Positions 1-12,889 of a stretch of 64,000 bases of DNA are shown piece by piece (within the stretch, counting starts at the first letter, position 1; each line of letters begins with the position of its first letter). Below the pieces are notes generated by a model. The model ran no database searches. It worked only from the letters and a program-made list of their open reading frames with translations, and was not told the origin of the DNA. Position numbers and translations under genes: made by a program. The DNA lies in contig CM052816.1 of NCBI GenBank assembly GCA_028534125.1, positions 32,552,001-32,616,000 on the forward strand, given 5' to 3'. This DNA is from Lama glama. Taxonomy: Eukaryota.

Positions 1-978
1 CCAGTACAAAATGAAAATGTCATTCTCCTTGTTCAGAACAAGCAAGCAAAATACTATTGAATGTACTAAAATATAAAGCTTTTCCTTTTCTTCTGTGCTC
101 TCTCTCTCAAATTTTCCTGTATTTATAACTGTCTGTCTAGTATTATTCTAAATAAAGAAAAAGTAAAATTGTAAATTATGAATTTTTGCCATTCATTTTT
201 ATTGTATGATACCAGTTTTAAATGCAAATATAAGAGCATTTAACTTGTACATGGCATTGCTGCAATTACACAATTTGTATTTTGTAGCTTATACATGGCT
301 ATGCATTTTGGTCTTACCTGAACAGTGGGACACTGCACAAAACTAACACAATGGTTTTTATTTGCTTATTGATACGTGCATATTCTTTTAACCTTCTCTA
401 CCTAAGCCTTCTCTTGAGGGAAGGAGGACTAACAGAAAAAGTAACTATGGGTTGCCTTATATTTCTCTCTCCTTTTGTGTCGTACTTTTCCATGTAGGTT
501 GGCTAATACGGGGAAATTAGAGAAAAATGATGAATTCCTTGATTGTTCGTATTTCCTAGAATGCCATTGCCTTCTTTCTGCATTCAAAGCAAATTTTGGT
601 TCAAACAGAAAGTATGGTCTCCTGGGGCTGTCGAGGCCATTATTTTCGGAGTTGTAGGTGTAACATGCTTACTTTGTTCTTGCTTTGAGTCTAGCTCAAC
701 TCCCGTACATGGTGGGTCCACCAGAATTCTGTGCTTATGGGGTATCACAGGTACAATATGCCCAGGCAGCAAGGAGTGGAGGACACACAAGTTGCACATT
801 TGCTCTTGTGTATGCTCTATTGTTCCATCAGAGTTTATTTGCAATACAAAAATTCAAAGATAAAATTGTTAAGAATTTCAGGATAGCAGCAGCAGAGCAT
901 TAAACCAACATGGTGCCTTTGTAAGTACTGGGCCCTGTATGATTCCACAGGTTGCATGCCCCATGAAGCTGACTCAGG
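1..978 (-). mobile_element. hAT-Tip100 non-autonomous DNA transposon, MER45B-like (cut by window start)
   Basis: Begins ccagtacaaaatgaaaatg..ttgttc and ends cagagcattaaacc..gggccctgt..cacaggttgcatgcccc atgaagctg, matching both MER45 terminal regions as recalled. Confidence 0.8.
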
Positions 979-1269
979 AAGCTGGTTCTGTTGTTACGGA
1001 GTAGGCATTGTTCTACATGCTTTATCTATTTTAATGAATTTAACCCTCTCAACATGGTGCACAGTTCATGTTTAGTCTATATGATATTTTCTAACTGCAA
1101 GGTCAAGATTTATCTGAGTGTGTCTTTGCCTGAAATTGTAATGTCAAATGTCACTTCTCATAGCATTTCTACTTAGTGAATTTGGAGTGAAAAAGTCATG
1201 AAGACAACAAAAACAACAAAAGGAGTCTTTGTCCAAAAATGGGTAACTTTTAAAGAGTTGTATAGTGTA

Positions 1270-1293
1270 AAAAAGAAAAGAAAAGAAAAGAAA
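1270..1293. repeat. (AAAAG)n microsatellite
   Basis: aaaagaaaagaaaagaaaagaaa. Confidence 0.85.
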
Positions 1294-2179
1294 TAGTCAA
1301 CTGAATAGTCATTATATGACATAAGTCTATATTAATTATATTACACTGGTCAAAAATCTTGCTAAATAGTAATCATGAAATCAGGTCTTACCTATCATTT
1401 TGCTCAGTCATCTTTAGCATTTAGAATTTATCCTAATGGTCAGAAAATGACTTCCAACTTCAGGCATTTTGTTTATAGTTTAGGGAGGAAGAGGGACAGT
1501 AACCCATCCTTGGAGACTCTAGAAAGAAGTCTCTGCATTTCAGTATCCATAACTATGTTATTTACAGCTGCAGGGGAGTCAGAAAGATGTGTATTTTAGC
1601 TTTCTGTCTCTTTAGTAGAGGGAAGGGAAAAGGGATTTGTGAAAGGCTGTTGGATAGTGCATCCATGGTGTCCACCACAATCCACCCCTTTAGCTACACA
1701 TGATTTCACACATTTCCCTACTTTCATATTCATTTCATGTGGAATATATTTACTTTTTCCCCTAAGGAATACAATTCTAGTTACTATATCCAGGTCAAAA
1801 AAAAAAAAAGTCCAGTATTTCTGTGTGATATCCAGTTCTTGTCAGCAGTTTTGGCTGTGGTTCCATGTGACTTGGCAAACTTAAGTTTAAAAGTAAAGAA
1901 ATCTAATGTAAACACAACTAGTATATGATGATGGAGGAAGAAACAGGATAACTACAATTTAAAAAAAAACAAAACTCCCATTTGGAAAGGCACAGAAGCC
2001 CATATTACATCCTGCTAGACAGTAAAAATGAGGCCCTTCTGCTTAGGCAGTGGAATTTCTTTCCTCTAACGCTGGCTCTACCCCCAGGGGACTCCTCTTT
2101 GTTTATTTTCCTTTGCCTCATGGCTGTGCATTTGCAGAAGACATTCCCTGGTGACTATCTCTTGTGGCCACATATGACA

Positions 2180-2636
2180 TGAGCATTTAGGAGGATGATA
2201 CTCTCTCTCATCTCAACCCTGCTCTGCGCTCTGGGACACTGACCTGTATGACCTCAATAATTCCCTTGATGTCTGACTTTCTGTTGGGTTTGGGCAATGC
2301 TAGAGGAATCTGGTAGAAGATTACAGAGAGAGGAGGGGGAGATTAGTGTATCTTTCCCCCAGATCTCTTTCTGCTGGGTTGCCATGGGCCTATCAAAGGT
2401 CACAATTCCTGTCAAACAGCCTTCTCTGAATTCTGATAACTGGTCCTTCCTCTTGCCCTTCAGGTTGAAGAGTGGCAGTGGCTCCCTGCTATTACTCAAC
2501 CTGGGGTGTCACACTATCTTCTGTGGTTTCCCTACACCCTCCCCACATCTCTGTCAATAATCCTTTATAAAAACTCTCCTCAAATTACCCAAATGCAGGA
2601 TGCTACCCATTTCCTGCCAGGATTCTAACTGCCACA
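2180..2636 (+). mobile_element. ERVL solo LTR, LTR33-like
   Basis: accctgctctg..ctgacctgtatg, ttgggtttgggcaatg, aaggtcaca, aaactctcctcaaattaccc, tttcctgccagga are characteristic of LTR33. Confidence 0.8.
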
Positions 2637-2919
2637 ACTTCCAGTTTATTTGCTTCTGGTCAAATGTGTATGTAGATATGTATGTTTTAGAAAATTGCAT
2701 AGTGTCATAAAAAGTTGCATGAGAATTTTGAGAAACTTGAAATTTATCTTATGCAGTGGATGGAGAACGAAGCCAATTGTGGATCACCATTATCATACAG
2801 CTGAGTGTATTATTATTATACAGCCAAAGGTCATATAAATGAAATAGAATAAGAATGCAATGAGGTAAATACTACACAATTTAAATTTATGGGTGATTTC
2901 AGAAATTAGCAAGGGATAA

Positions 2920-3060
2920 ATGTATCATTATTACTTCCACTTTACAGTTGGGGAGAATGTAGTCCAGAGAGGTTAAGTGACTTGGCCATTAATAAATAGC
3001 AGAGCTGGGATTTGAATTTAAGGAGGCTGGCTCCAAATTCTGGGCTCTTTGCCCACTGAT
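2920..3060 (-). mobile_element. MIR SINE fragment
   Basis: tttacag..cagagaggttaagtgacttg..gcagagctgggatttgaa core. Confidence 0.8.
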
Positions 3061-3269
3061 TCTCATGGCAGTACCTAAAAATAGTTGGATCTCAGGCAGG
3101 TTCAAGCATAGCACATATATTAGAAATGCCAGAGCCTAAATTTTTAAACCACCTGGTGTCCTATAATTTCTCATGGCTAAGTAAAGAGACCATTTTGGAG
3201 CTGGGAAACAAACTCAGATTCTTTTGAAAACCACAGGATTCTGACTCTTAGAAACATACAGGTTGAGTT

Positions 3270-3450
3270 AGTTTCTCCTTTATCTATGTTTCCATAACAC
3301 TATGAACCACACCCCTGTTACAGCTTTTATTACAGTGTTGTAATTGGTTTTATGTGTCTGTCTTCTGGTTTGTGAGCTCTTCAAAGAAAAGAATTATGTC
3401 TTATTCATCTTCATTAATCCTCTGTAATATGGAACATTTAATGAAGGACC
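3270..3450 (+). mobile_element. L2 3' end fragment
   Basis: ttgtaattggtttt..tgtctgtctt..tgtgagctcttcaaag..atgtcttattcatc. Confidence 0.65.
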
Positions 3451-4227
3451 AATTAATACCTAATCTATAAATATCCATCCAATTATATCTTAATTTAGCC
3501 GTCCATGCAGCTAGCCACAATGTAGGTGAACTTCTATTAATTTGATTGTTATAAGCCTTGCCTCTTTTAGGACCCAGTTAGTGGTTTTACTCTTATCAGT
3601 ATTGAGACAGATATTAACATTTAATAAGGACATGCATAAAAAACTAAAAGCTGACCAAAAAGAGATAAAGAACAACAACAAATTACCACAAAAGAAATAA
3701 AACCTGGTTTCCCTAAATTGAGCTTTAGAAACATGAATCAAAAGAAGGTGTATTATTAATTACATCCTAAAAATGTTCTGGTCAATATCCAGCTCAGTAG
3801 CCCCTTTAAGGGTCTGTACCCAGACCCGGGTAAGCATGTAGACAGCACAGCAAGAGATAACAGAGAAACTTATTCGGTTGTTCTCTGCTCCAAGTAGGAA
3901 TTTTATAAACTTTCCTGCTGCATTATTTTAATGTGACAACTTTCTTCTCGGCTTCTCCAAGCAGGATAAAGATTACTGACACATTTATTCTGTCTCATTT
4001 TCTCTTTTATCAGCATTTCAATGGGGTGGAGGTGGTGGTGAAGAGAGTTTGTCTGGGCATGGTTATTGTGACTGCTCTGTGTTGTTTTATTTCCTTTATC
4101 TTATCCTGAGTAATCGCAAGGATGTTCGGCAGTGCTAAAAGTACATCTATTCCCCAAATGCCCTCCATCTGGCCTGGCAAATGAACTCAAGCCATATGCT
4201 TATATCTACCTGTCCTAGGCACAGAGG

Positions 4228-4390
4228 AGCATTCATTCAACAATACTCATTCACTCATGAATGCTGCCTGAATGCTTACTTTGTGCCAAACACCAGGACA
4301 GAGATAAAATTAATGAGACAGTCCTTACTCAGTAGTTTAAAAACTATTAGGGAGCAAAGGTGATCTCACTTGAAACAAATAGTAAACAAG
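4228..4390 (-). mobile_element. L2 3' end fragment
   Basis: cattcattcaaca..tgaatgcttactttgtgcca..gagacagtcc. Confidence 0.65.
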
Positions 4391-4417
4391 ATAGAAGAGA
4401 TTATAATATATGATAAC

Positions 4418-6070
4418 TTCTTTTAATTGAAACTTTAATTTTGAAATAATAGTAAATTCACATGCATTTGTTAGAAATACCCTCTACTCAGTTTCTTCTG
4501 GATGCCAGTATCTTACAAAACCATAGTACAAAATCACAACCAAGATTTTGACATTACTACAGTCAAGATACAGAACATTTCCATCATTCCTGTGAGTACA
4601 GGGACTCCTCAAGTTTTCTTTTATAGACACACCTATTTTCCTTCTAATACCACCCCCTCCTTAACTCCTGGCAACCACTAATCTATAATTCACTTCTATA
4701 AATATGTCATTTCAATGGAATCATGTAACATGTAACAACTTGAGATTGGCTTTTTTCACTCGGCATAATTCTTTGGAGATTCATCCAGGTTGTTGTGAGC
4801 AGATACCACATAGTCCTAGATAAAAAAGATTTTCTTCTATGCTTTTTTTTTAAAATAGTTTTATAATTTTCCGTTTCACATTTAAGTCCATTATGTATTT
4901 TGAGTTATTTTTTGTATAATGCAAGAGACTTATATCAAGTTTCTTTTCTTCTTATTTATTTATTTTGACCTGTGGATGTCCACTTACTCCAGCATGATTT
5001 CTTTTGCTGTCTTGCCTCCATAGAATTTTTTCTGTACCTTTGTCAAGAAACAGTTGGGCATATTTGTGTATGTCTATTTCTGGGTTCTCTATTTTGTTTC
5101 ATTGATCTATGTTCTTATCTCCCAATATCATATAGTCTTGGTTTCTGTGGTTATATAATATCTAGAAATTGGGTAGATGGTTCCTGCTACTTTTTTCTTC
5201 TTTCTCAAAAATTTTTTTAGTTATTATAGTTCCTTTCCCTGTTCATGTAAGTTTTAGAACAATTTTGTCTTTAGCTACAAAATATCTTGCTGGGCTTTTA
5301 ATAAGAATTGTGTTAAACTTGTATATCAATAGGAGAGAGTTGACATTCTTATTATGTTAAGTCTTCTAATCCATGAGCATGATATGTCTCTATACACATT
5401 TTGCTAGATTTACGCCTAAGTGTTTCTCTCCTTTTTTGGGTGATTGTAAACATGTATTGCATTTTTATTTTGATTTGCACGTGTTCACTGCAACAGGAGT
5501 GGCCTCATTGCCACTGGGTAATGTTCAAAGTCCTCACTCCCTCCTAGGCCTCCTCTGAGACTTCTCCAGGGAAAGGGAGATGCCTAGCAGCCCAGGCTCC
5601 CTAGTTTACCTCCCCTGACACCTCCCCACCTGGAGTGTTGGGTGTCTCATTACAACCTCACAAGTGTGGAAGCTTAGGCTTCCCATTTGGCCTTTGCTGG
5701 CATGGATAGGAGTGAAGCCATAGTGTTTTCTTAGGGTTTGGCTGAAGTAGAGCTGTTATTGTCTTGAAGTTTTCTGTCTTGCCAGATTTCCCCTTTCTTG
5801 GTCCTTTGGATAAAGAGTCCTTTGGATATGGTCTTTTGTGAGGGCTTCTTCTTTTTTTTTTTTCAGTCTGCCTATTTGGCATTTCTAAGTGACTTTTCTT
5901 CTTCAGCTCCAAGTTTGAGATATATGAGGGGAAAAAAAAAAAAAACAGGGAACTCGCCACTGTATTAGTTTTTGTGTCCCTAAGTCTTTAGTGGTTCTGC
6001 CTTTTTCTCTCTAATTTTCAGAGTCTTCTGATGTGTCAGAAAAATACATATAATTCTCCCTGGAAGTGAA
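4418..6070 (-). mobile_element. Ancient L1 (L1MC-like): 3' UTR, ORF2 remnants and 5'-region sequence, heavily deleted
   Basis: ttttgaaataat..ttcacatgca..tcttacaaaaccatagtacaa..cacaaccaag (L1MC 3' end), antisense ORF2 remnants 4820-5470, L1M 5'-type sequence about 5490-6070. Confidence 0.7.
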
Positions 6071-6369
6071 ACTAACATTTTCAATATAAACAAAATGTTG
6101 TCCACAGAGAAACAGGTGGGGTTAATGAGGACTGAAGTGGTAGAAACAGGTTTAAATCTAGTTTCCAAAAATGGTAAACAGAGGAGTAAGAAAGAAGAGG
6201 AGAAAGGAAAGAGGGAAAAAAGGGCTTCATAGAGGTCATGAGGCTGATAATGAATCTCTGGGTCTATGAGAAGACCAGCTTGACTAGAATGGAGAGGTCA
6301 TATTGGAGTAGAGAAGAAATAATGAGACTATAGAATTTCTTTGATACTTGGTACCTTTCACACCTTCAG

Positions 6370-6580
6370 CTAAGAACTTGAGATATGTTGTCTTATTTAC
6401 TCCTCATAGTTCTCTGAGGTAAGTACTGACACTTGAATTTTTCAGATAAGGAAAATGAAGTACAGAGAAATAACATAATGCATTCAAGATCACATATTTA
6501 GCAAACAGTGACGCCTGGATTGAACTCAGGCCTTTTTGATGTCATAGAACATGTGTATAATCACTAGATCTTGCTGCATG
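6370..6580 (-). mobile_element. MIR SINE
   Basis: ttatttactcctcata..ctctgaggtaagtact..cagataaggaaaatgaag..caagatcaca..ggattgaactcagg. Confidence 0.75.
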
Positions 6581-6844
6581 ATAAGATAGAGCATTCAGAT
6601 TATGAGCTCCTGGAAATCTAGGCAATGTGTTTGAAGTAAATGCCTTGCAAGATGAGTAAATTGATAACATTGATACTAAAGGAGATTGATCTGTTAGTGA
6701 AAGGCAGAATATACTAAAGCTGGGGAAATAAGATCAGTACCTAGCTATAGAAAGCTTGCTTTTTCATTTTGCATTTGATCCATTCATTCAACAAATGTTT
6801 GAACCAGTAGGATATATCCAGTAGGAGAGAGAGAGAGACATATA

Positions 6845-7212
6845 CAAATAGGGTCTTTGCAGATGTAATAAAGTTGAGTTATGCTGGAGTAGGGTGGGTC
6901 CTAAATCCAATGTCCTTATAAGAAGAGGGATATTTGGACACAGATAGAGACTTGGGGGAGAAGACTATGTGAAAAAGGAGGCAGAGATTCCAGTGATACA
7001 TCTACAAGCCAAGGTGTGCCAAGGTTTGCCAGCAACCACCAGAAGCTAGAAGAGGCAAAGATTCTTCCCAAGAGGCTGTGGAGGGAACATGACCCTGCTG
7101 ACACCTTGATTTTGAACTTCTGGCCTCCAGAATTGTGAGAGGATAAATTTATGTTGTCTTAAGCCACACAGTGTATGGTCATTCGTTACAGCAGCCCCAG
7201 GAAACTAATATA
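6845..7212 (+). mobile_element. MaLR solo LTR, MLT1B/C-like (5' truncated)
   Basis: aatagggtctttgcagatgtaat..ccagcaaccaccagaagctag..gacaccttgattttgaacttctggcctccagaa..aaactaatata. Confidence 0.9.
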
Positions 7213-7654
7213 GAAACCAAGTTCGGTGAGCAGTCTGCAAGTTGGGAGAAGATGCAAAAGTGGAGATAAAACTAAGAACTAGGAATGAGGTGGAAATGGC
7301 TAGAGCAAGTCAGGGGAGATGGGAGGAATCTTCTTGGTAAAGAAATAGAACTACGGTGTCTGTGCCTTGCATTATTGTCCTGGTATGTGAGTGTGACAGA
7401 ATGGCTGAAGGCCAAAAAGTCGGAGAAATCAAGGGCAAAATGAAGATATATATTTTATGGCCATTAGTAGAGCTCTCTTAGGTGAAAAGTGCGGGGATAT
7501 AAGGACAGAGGAATGATTTTCCTTAGGACTAATTAAAAATGCAAGAAGGAAGAGAAGTCATCAGAGGAGATGGAGAAGGGATGGTGAAAGAGATGAGTAA
7601 ATAATAATAATTTACTGCCACAGGAGATGGGAGAAGAAAGGACAACGGCATCTG

Positions 7655-7760
7655 GTAACTAGATCACAAGCTCCTTGAGGGCAGGGTCTTTGCACTTTCA
7701 GTAGCCACAAGAGTGCCTGGTCCAGAGTACACATTTAATAAATATTTACCAAGTTAATAA
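7655..7760 (+). mobile_element. L2 3' end
   Basis: tagatcacaagctccttgagggcaggg..gtgcctgg..aataaatattt. Confidence 0.75.
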
Positions 7761-7914
7761 ATTGCATTTTTCAGATAAGGAAAATGAAGCACAGAGAAAT
7801 ACCATTTTCTAGTACAGGCAACATCAACAAGAGTGAAGATAGAAAAGAGGTGTATGATTTAAGCGAATAGGAGACCCTAAAATCCTAATTAAAAACTGTA
7901 ACCTACTAATTCTT

Positions 7915-8000
7915 GGAGTGTTAGAAGCTGGAGAAAACTCAAAAACTATGTAGTCCACCTCTTCACTTTACAGATGAGGAAACTGAAGTCCTGAGAGATT
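7915..8000 (-). mobile_element. MIR3-like fragment
   Basis: tagtccacctcttcactttacagatgaggaaactgaag. Confidence 0.7.
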
Positions 8001-9812
8001 GCTTTGGGACTCTGGCTCTTTTGCACCCAAGGTACCTTCTCTAAGTGGCAGGTGATTCTGTGTTACAGCTGACACCAACTCCTTTCAGTCATCAGCTTTC
8101 TGGTTAATTTTCTTCTATCCTTCAAGGAAAGCATCAGTCAAGCTTAGTTGTTAAAAGCAAAACAGCATTTGGGGGCTGAAGAGCTAAAATATGAAAGCTC
8201 TGATTAGAGAAAGGAATGATAAAGGATGAACTTCATTATAATAATTTGGGGTTACAAGCTAGAACCCAGACTCCCTTTGGAGGATGAATAGGGTCACATG
8301 CAGATGATTTAATGTAGCTCTAAGGGCTTGGACATGAGGACAGCAGGGCTAGTACTATTCAAGTTTCCAGTCAGAAAATGACCACTGAGGTGGTACATCA
8401 ATTTAACAACAATTAGGGTCATCCCATATTAGGTGTTTTCATGATTCATTTCTGACATTGTTGCTGGGACTTTGGAAGCAGACAACTGTGGTCGCCACAG
8501 GGAACCATTAGAAAGCGGCATCTGTAGCAGCAGAGAGAGGGCACAAACCCAAATCCACCAAAGAAGACAGCTCTTGGCTGGGGAAACACAGGAGGGGCTT
8601 CTGGAGCCTAACATCAAAGTCTGTAATATTAAATTGTTAAGAAAGAATAAAAGCGATCCTTTGAAATATTGATCATCTCTCAAGGTGTATTTTTGGTCCC
8701 CTAAGACTGATTGATCTATCCCTCCACCTTTTTTCTTCTTTTTTTAGTTTTTTGCATCCACGAGGATAGGATATTCTGCCCCAATACAAGCCTGCAGTGG
8801 CTGAGTGATCTGACTAATCAGAGACTAAAAAGAGGTTGTGCTAAAAAAAAAAAAAAAAAGCAGCTCTAGATTGGAGGCTTTTATCCCAATCTTGCCTCAA
8901 TCAAGAATTTCGATTGATTTTGCTTTGAATCTCAGTTTCCTTGATTGGAGGTTTTAAAAAAGAACAAGAAAAAGTAAAGAATAGGCTTGTGGGGGTGTGC
9001 CTAGGCCAACCTTCTGCCAGAAGAGGCAGCCAGCTTTCTGCATCCCTGTGGCTCCAACAATGCAGGGCTTTGAGGCCTGGAGGAAGGGGAAGGAAGGTGC
9101 CGATGAAGGGTTTTCAAAGACCACTCATCACATGAGTTGGTTAGAGGAGAAAAATCTCTAAATATAACAAAGTAAAGAACTGCCTCAAGAATCATCAATA
9201 ATTTGATTAGGTACACATGCCCAAAACATACACTATTCTATTCTTAAACTTTTTTTTTTGCAGTATAAGGTATGCAGATTAGAAGATGACAGAGGCAATT
9301 ATCAAGATCATTTATTTGACACCAGTCCTATGCCAATACAATGCTCTTGACTTAAGCTTTTCTGGATGGCTCAAGATTACAGCCAGCTTGAGTCTCCTAT
9401 TTTGTACTATGTGTTGGAAGACATCGTGAAAGTACTTAGAAGTAACTGCTGACTGAGACATAACTTAGAGAGGAAAAATAAAAACTGATAATTTTTATTG
9501 AATATCCCCGACACTATTTTAATGATTAATTGGAAAAAATGGAAAACAAAAAACAGACTATTAAATAAAAAGCAAAATGAGACACATTCAACTAGTCCAA
9601 CACCTGCCAGGGCCTGGCAACACATGAATTCATCTTACTGACCCAGAGGGCAACAGCCATGTTCATCACTGCCAGAATCCTTAATATATTAAAAGGTGAC
9701 TTATGGTTACCCTTTAGAAATATCGCATGAAAAAATGGATTGATTAGGCCATTTAGGAGGAATCAACATTGACTGGTAGATTTACAATAGCTACCAGGCT
9801 TAACTTTCAATA

Positions 9813-10216
9813 TGTAACTGAGCAGGACCCAGCGGGGCCCTCCTAGGATATACCTCCCACTACCCCACAGTGTCTTTCACCTGCCTCTTATCTATAGAAA
9901 AACTTTAGCCTCCTGGGCCTTGCCCAAGTTCCAAAGAATACGTTTAATCAGAGAAGTGAGAAAATGCAGAAAGAAAGGAATACAGTCAAGCACGACAAAA
10001 CAATACTATTTAGCTATTTAACAAAGTGCCTCCTCAAGGGCTATAGATAATAGACATAATAATAATTCTAAGCCATGTCCTTCGAGCTTTTTTGCAGATA
10101 CTGAAACCCCCACTAGGTGTAAAAAATTAACTGTATGCTGACCACCAGCACGTAGACCCCAGACCAGTTGGAACTAGAAGGTTGATGATATTGACTCCCC
10201 ATTACCTCACCAGCCG
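9813..10216 (+). mobile_element. ERV1-type LTR of a cetartiodactyl/laurasiatherian family, 3' truncated (subfamily not named)
   Basis: Starts TGTAACTGAGCAGGACCC; contains aatcagagaagtgagaaaatgcagaaa, gcacgtagaccccagac, gaaggttgatgat motifs recalled from ungulate ERV1 LTRs. Confidence 0.65.
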
Positions 10217-11269
10217 ACCCAAGTCTGGTTCAGTAACAAATATATACCCTGTAAGGAGACCACTGATATTTGTCATTTAAATGAAGGACTAAATTATATT
10301 TAATGTGGTTTATTCTCCAGTACCTTGCTTGATTTATCCTAACCCATACAATCACAGCATTTGTCATATATTTTACAGAAGCTACCAATTCATTTTTTGC
10401 TGAGGAAAGACTTAGATGCACAATAGCCTGGAGCTGCAGAGGCTAATCGGTTTTAGAAATCAAGATAATACCTTGTAAAGCTAAATAGCATGTGCCTCCA
10501 CAGCACAAGAAACAGAACATTGCTGGCCTGCTAGATACCTGATCTGAGCTTTAGGCAAATCACTTCAACTGGGATCTATGGTGCTTCGTAACAAAGAGAA
10601 GTCACGCATGTACAAAGAGGAACGCATGTTTCAAGAACGTGCCTCTGGCATTTAATCCACTAAATTCTCATAAAGTGTTTCTTTGCTCTTTTAAGTAGAT
10701 GCTCTAGGGACACATCAATATGATTTGTGGATATTCGAAGCAATTCAGAAAATGCCAGAAACTGCCCTGATTACCTGTCAATTTTTTCTTGCCTTTGAAG
10801 CGAATGAGATTACACTCACCAAAATAAGTTTTGTCATATAAATTAGACCCTTTTGTACCTTCTCTACTGCTGTGTTCTGTGTCCCCGAACCATCTGCCCT
10901 GGTCCTGCTTTTGTGCCTACATCACTCCAGCCTCAGCATCAGCTTACTTGTGCTGTCTTTCTCTAGAGCACCACTCTGCACATTCTGGGGGCCCTGCGGC
11001 TTGCCTTCAAGGACCAGTCCTTAGGTGGAATATGAGTATCCCAAGATGTCTACAGCTCTTAGACCAGTGCTCCAAGCATGCTCCTGTTTCTAGAACATCA
11101 GCAGCCCAACCTCTGACCCTGGTTCAAGGCAACTTTCATTCCAAAAATGAGAGTGGTAAGACAACTGGGCTGAGTAAAGAATTAAGTCCCAGGCCTCTGG
11201 GCCATCAGCGCCAGGGAACCCTCATTTTCTTTGCTACCACAGCTCCCTGTAGATGACTTTTAGAGTATA

Positions 11270-12650
11270 CTTATTTTTAATCCATTTTATTGATGTATAA
11301 TAAATTCCTCATATTTAAACTGTAGAATTTGATAGATTTTGTCTGATGTATACATCTGTGAAACTATTACTATCACTAAGATCATAAACATATTTATCAC
11401 CTCATGCCCTCTTGGCCCCATCTCCCTGCACATGCAACCACTGGCTTGTTTTCTGTCACCATAGATTAGTTTGCATGTTCTAGAATTCTGTAAAAATGGA
11501 ATTATAAAGTATGTACTTTTTATTTTTGGTCTGGCCTCTCATTTAGAATAATTATTTTGAGATTCATCCACATTGTAGTATATATCAACAGTTGGTTTAT
11601 TTTTATTTCTGAGTAGTATTCCATTGTATAGATATGCTATAATTTGTTAATGCATTTATTTGTTGATAAGCATTGAGATTGTTTCCAGTTTGGAACTATA
11701 TGCTGTGAATATTCATGTCCTAGTCTTTTTTATGGATATATACTTTCATTTCCCTACAAGTGGGATGGCTAGATCACATGATGATGTATATTTAACATTT
11801 TAAGAAACTGCCACTGTTTCCCAAAGTGACTGCCATTTGGTGTGATTGGTGTACTAGTTCCTATGGGTGCTGAAACAAATTACCATAAATTTGATAACTT
11901 AAAAGAACAGAAATGTATTCTCTCATAGTTCTAGAGGCCAGAATCCAAAATCTGTATCATTGGGTTGAAATCAAGATGTTAGTGGGGCTACATTCCCTCT
12001 GGAGACTCTAAGAGCTAATCTGTTTCTCGCCTCTTCCAGCTTCTGGTGGTTGCCACCATTCCTTGACTTGTGGCCACATCACTCCTGTTTCTGCTTCTCA
12101 GGTCACATTGCCTCCCCCTCTTCTGTCTGTGAAATCTCCCTCTGCCTCTGTCATAAAAATCCTTGTGATGGCTTTCAGGATCCACCTGGATAGTCTTCTC
12201 AAGATCCTTAACTCAATCACATCTCCAAAGACACCCTTCCCCCCTTATTGGCCATGTAGGGTAACAGTCTCAGGTTCCATGAATTAGGATGTGGATATTT
12301 TGGGGCAGGGGACATTTTTCAGCCTACCATAGCCGGTCTTTTTAACTTTAGCCATCCTAACAGGTTTGTAGTGATAACACATTATCATTTTAATTTGCTT
12401 TTCCCTAATGGCTAATGATATTGAGCATCTCTTCATGTCCTAATTTATATCTTCTTTGGTGAAGTATGTGTTTAAATCTTTTGTCCATTTTTCAGTTGGA
12501 TTGTTCATTTCCTTATTTTTGAGCTTTGAGAATTCTCTATATATTCTGCATACAAGTTCTTTGTCAGATATATAAAATATAGTATTTCTTCCAGTATGTG
12601 GTTTCTCATTCTCTTAAAAGTGCTTTTTTTCACAGCATTTCTTGATTTTT
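11270..12650 (-). mobile_element. L1MB/ME-type 3' region, interrupted by MLT1C
   Basis: tgaaactattactatc..aacatatttatcacc, atagattagtttgc, gagattcatccacattg, gagtagtattccattgtat; resumes at about 12335. Confidence 0.85.
11850..12331 (-). mobile_element. MaLR solo LTR, MLT1C-like, nested in L1
   Basis: tgtactagttcct..aacaaattacca..cctcttccagcttctggtggttgcc..cagcctaccata. Confidence 0.9.
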
Positions 12651-12889
12651 ATTATAATTCATCCTTTTTAGTCTTTCTAAACTGGACCCCTTAAGGGCAT
12701 GAAGCATAAATTATTCCCTCCCTGTCCTTAGCACCCATTACAACGCCTGACACATAGGAAATCCTCATTGAATGTTTATTGCTCTTCTCCCCACTTCATT
12801 ACTCTTCTTTTTCATAAGATCACATTTAAGCAAAATTTCTCATATTATTAACATAATTTCAGTGTGGTCTATCTAGTGTGTAGCTTATT

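Noticed and set aside
10831..11256. Longest ORF (141 aa)
   Set aside because: Non-ATG start, no recognisable domain, and composition typical of chance ORFs.
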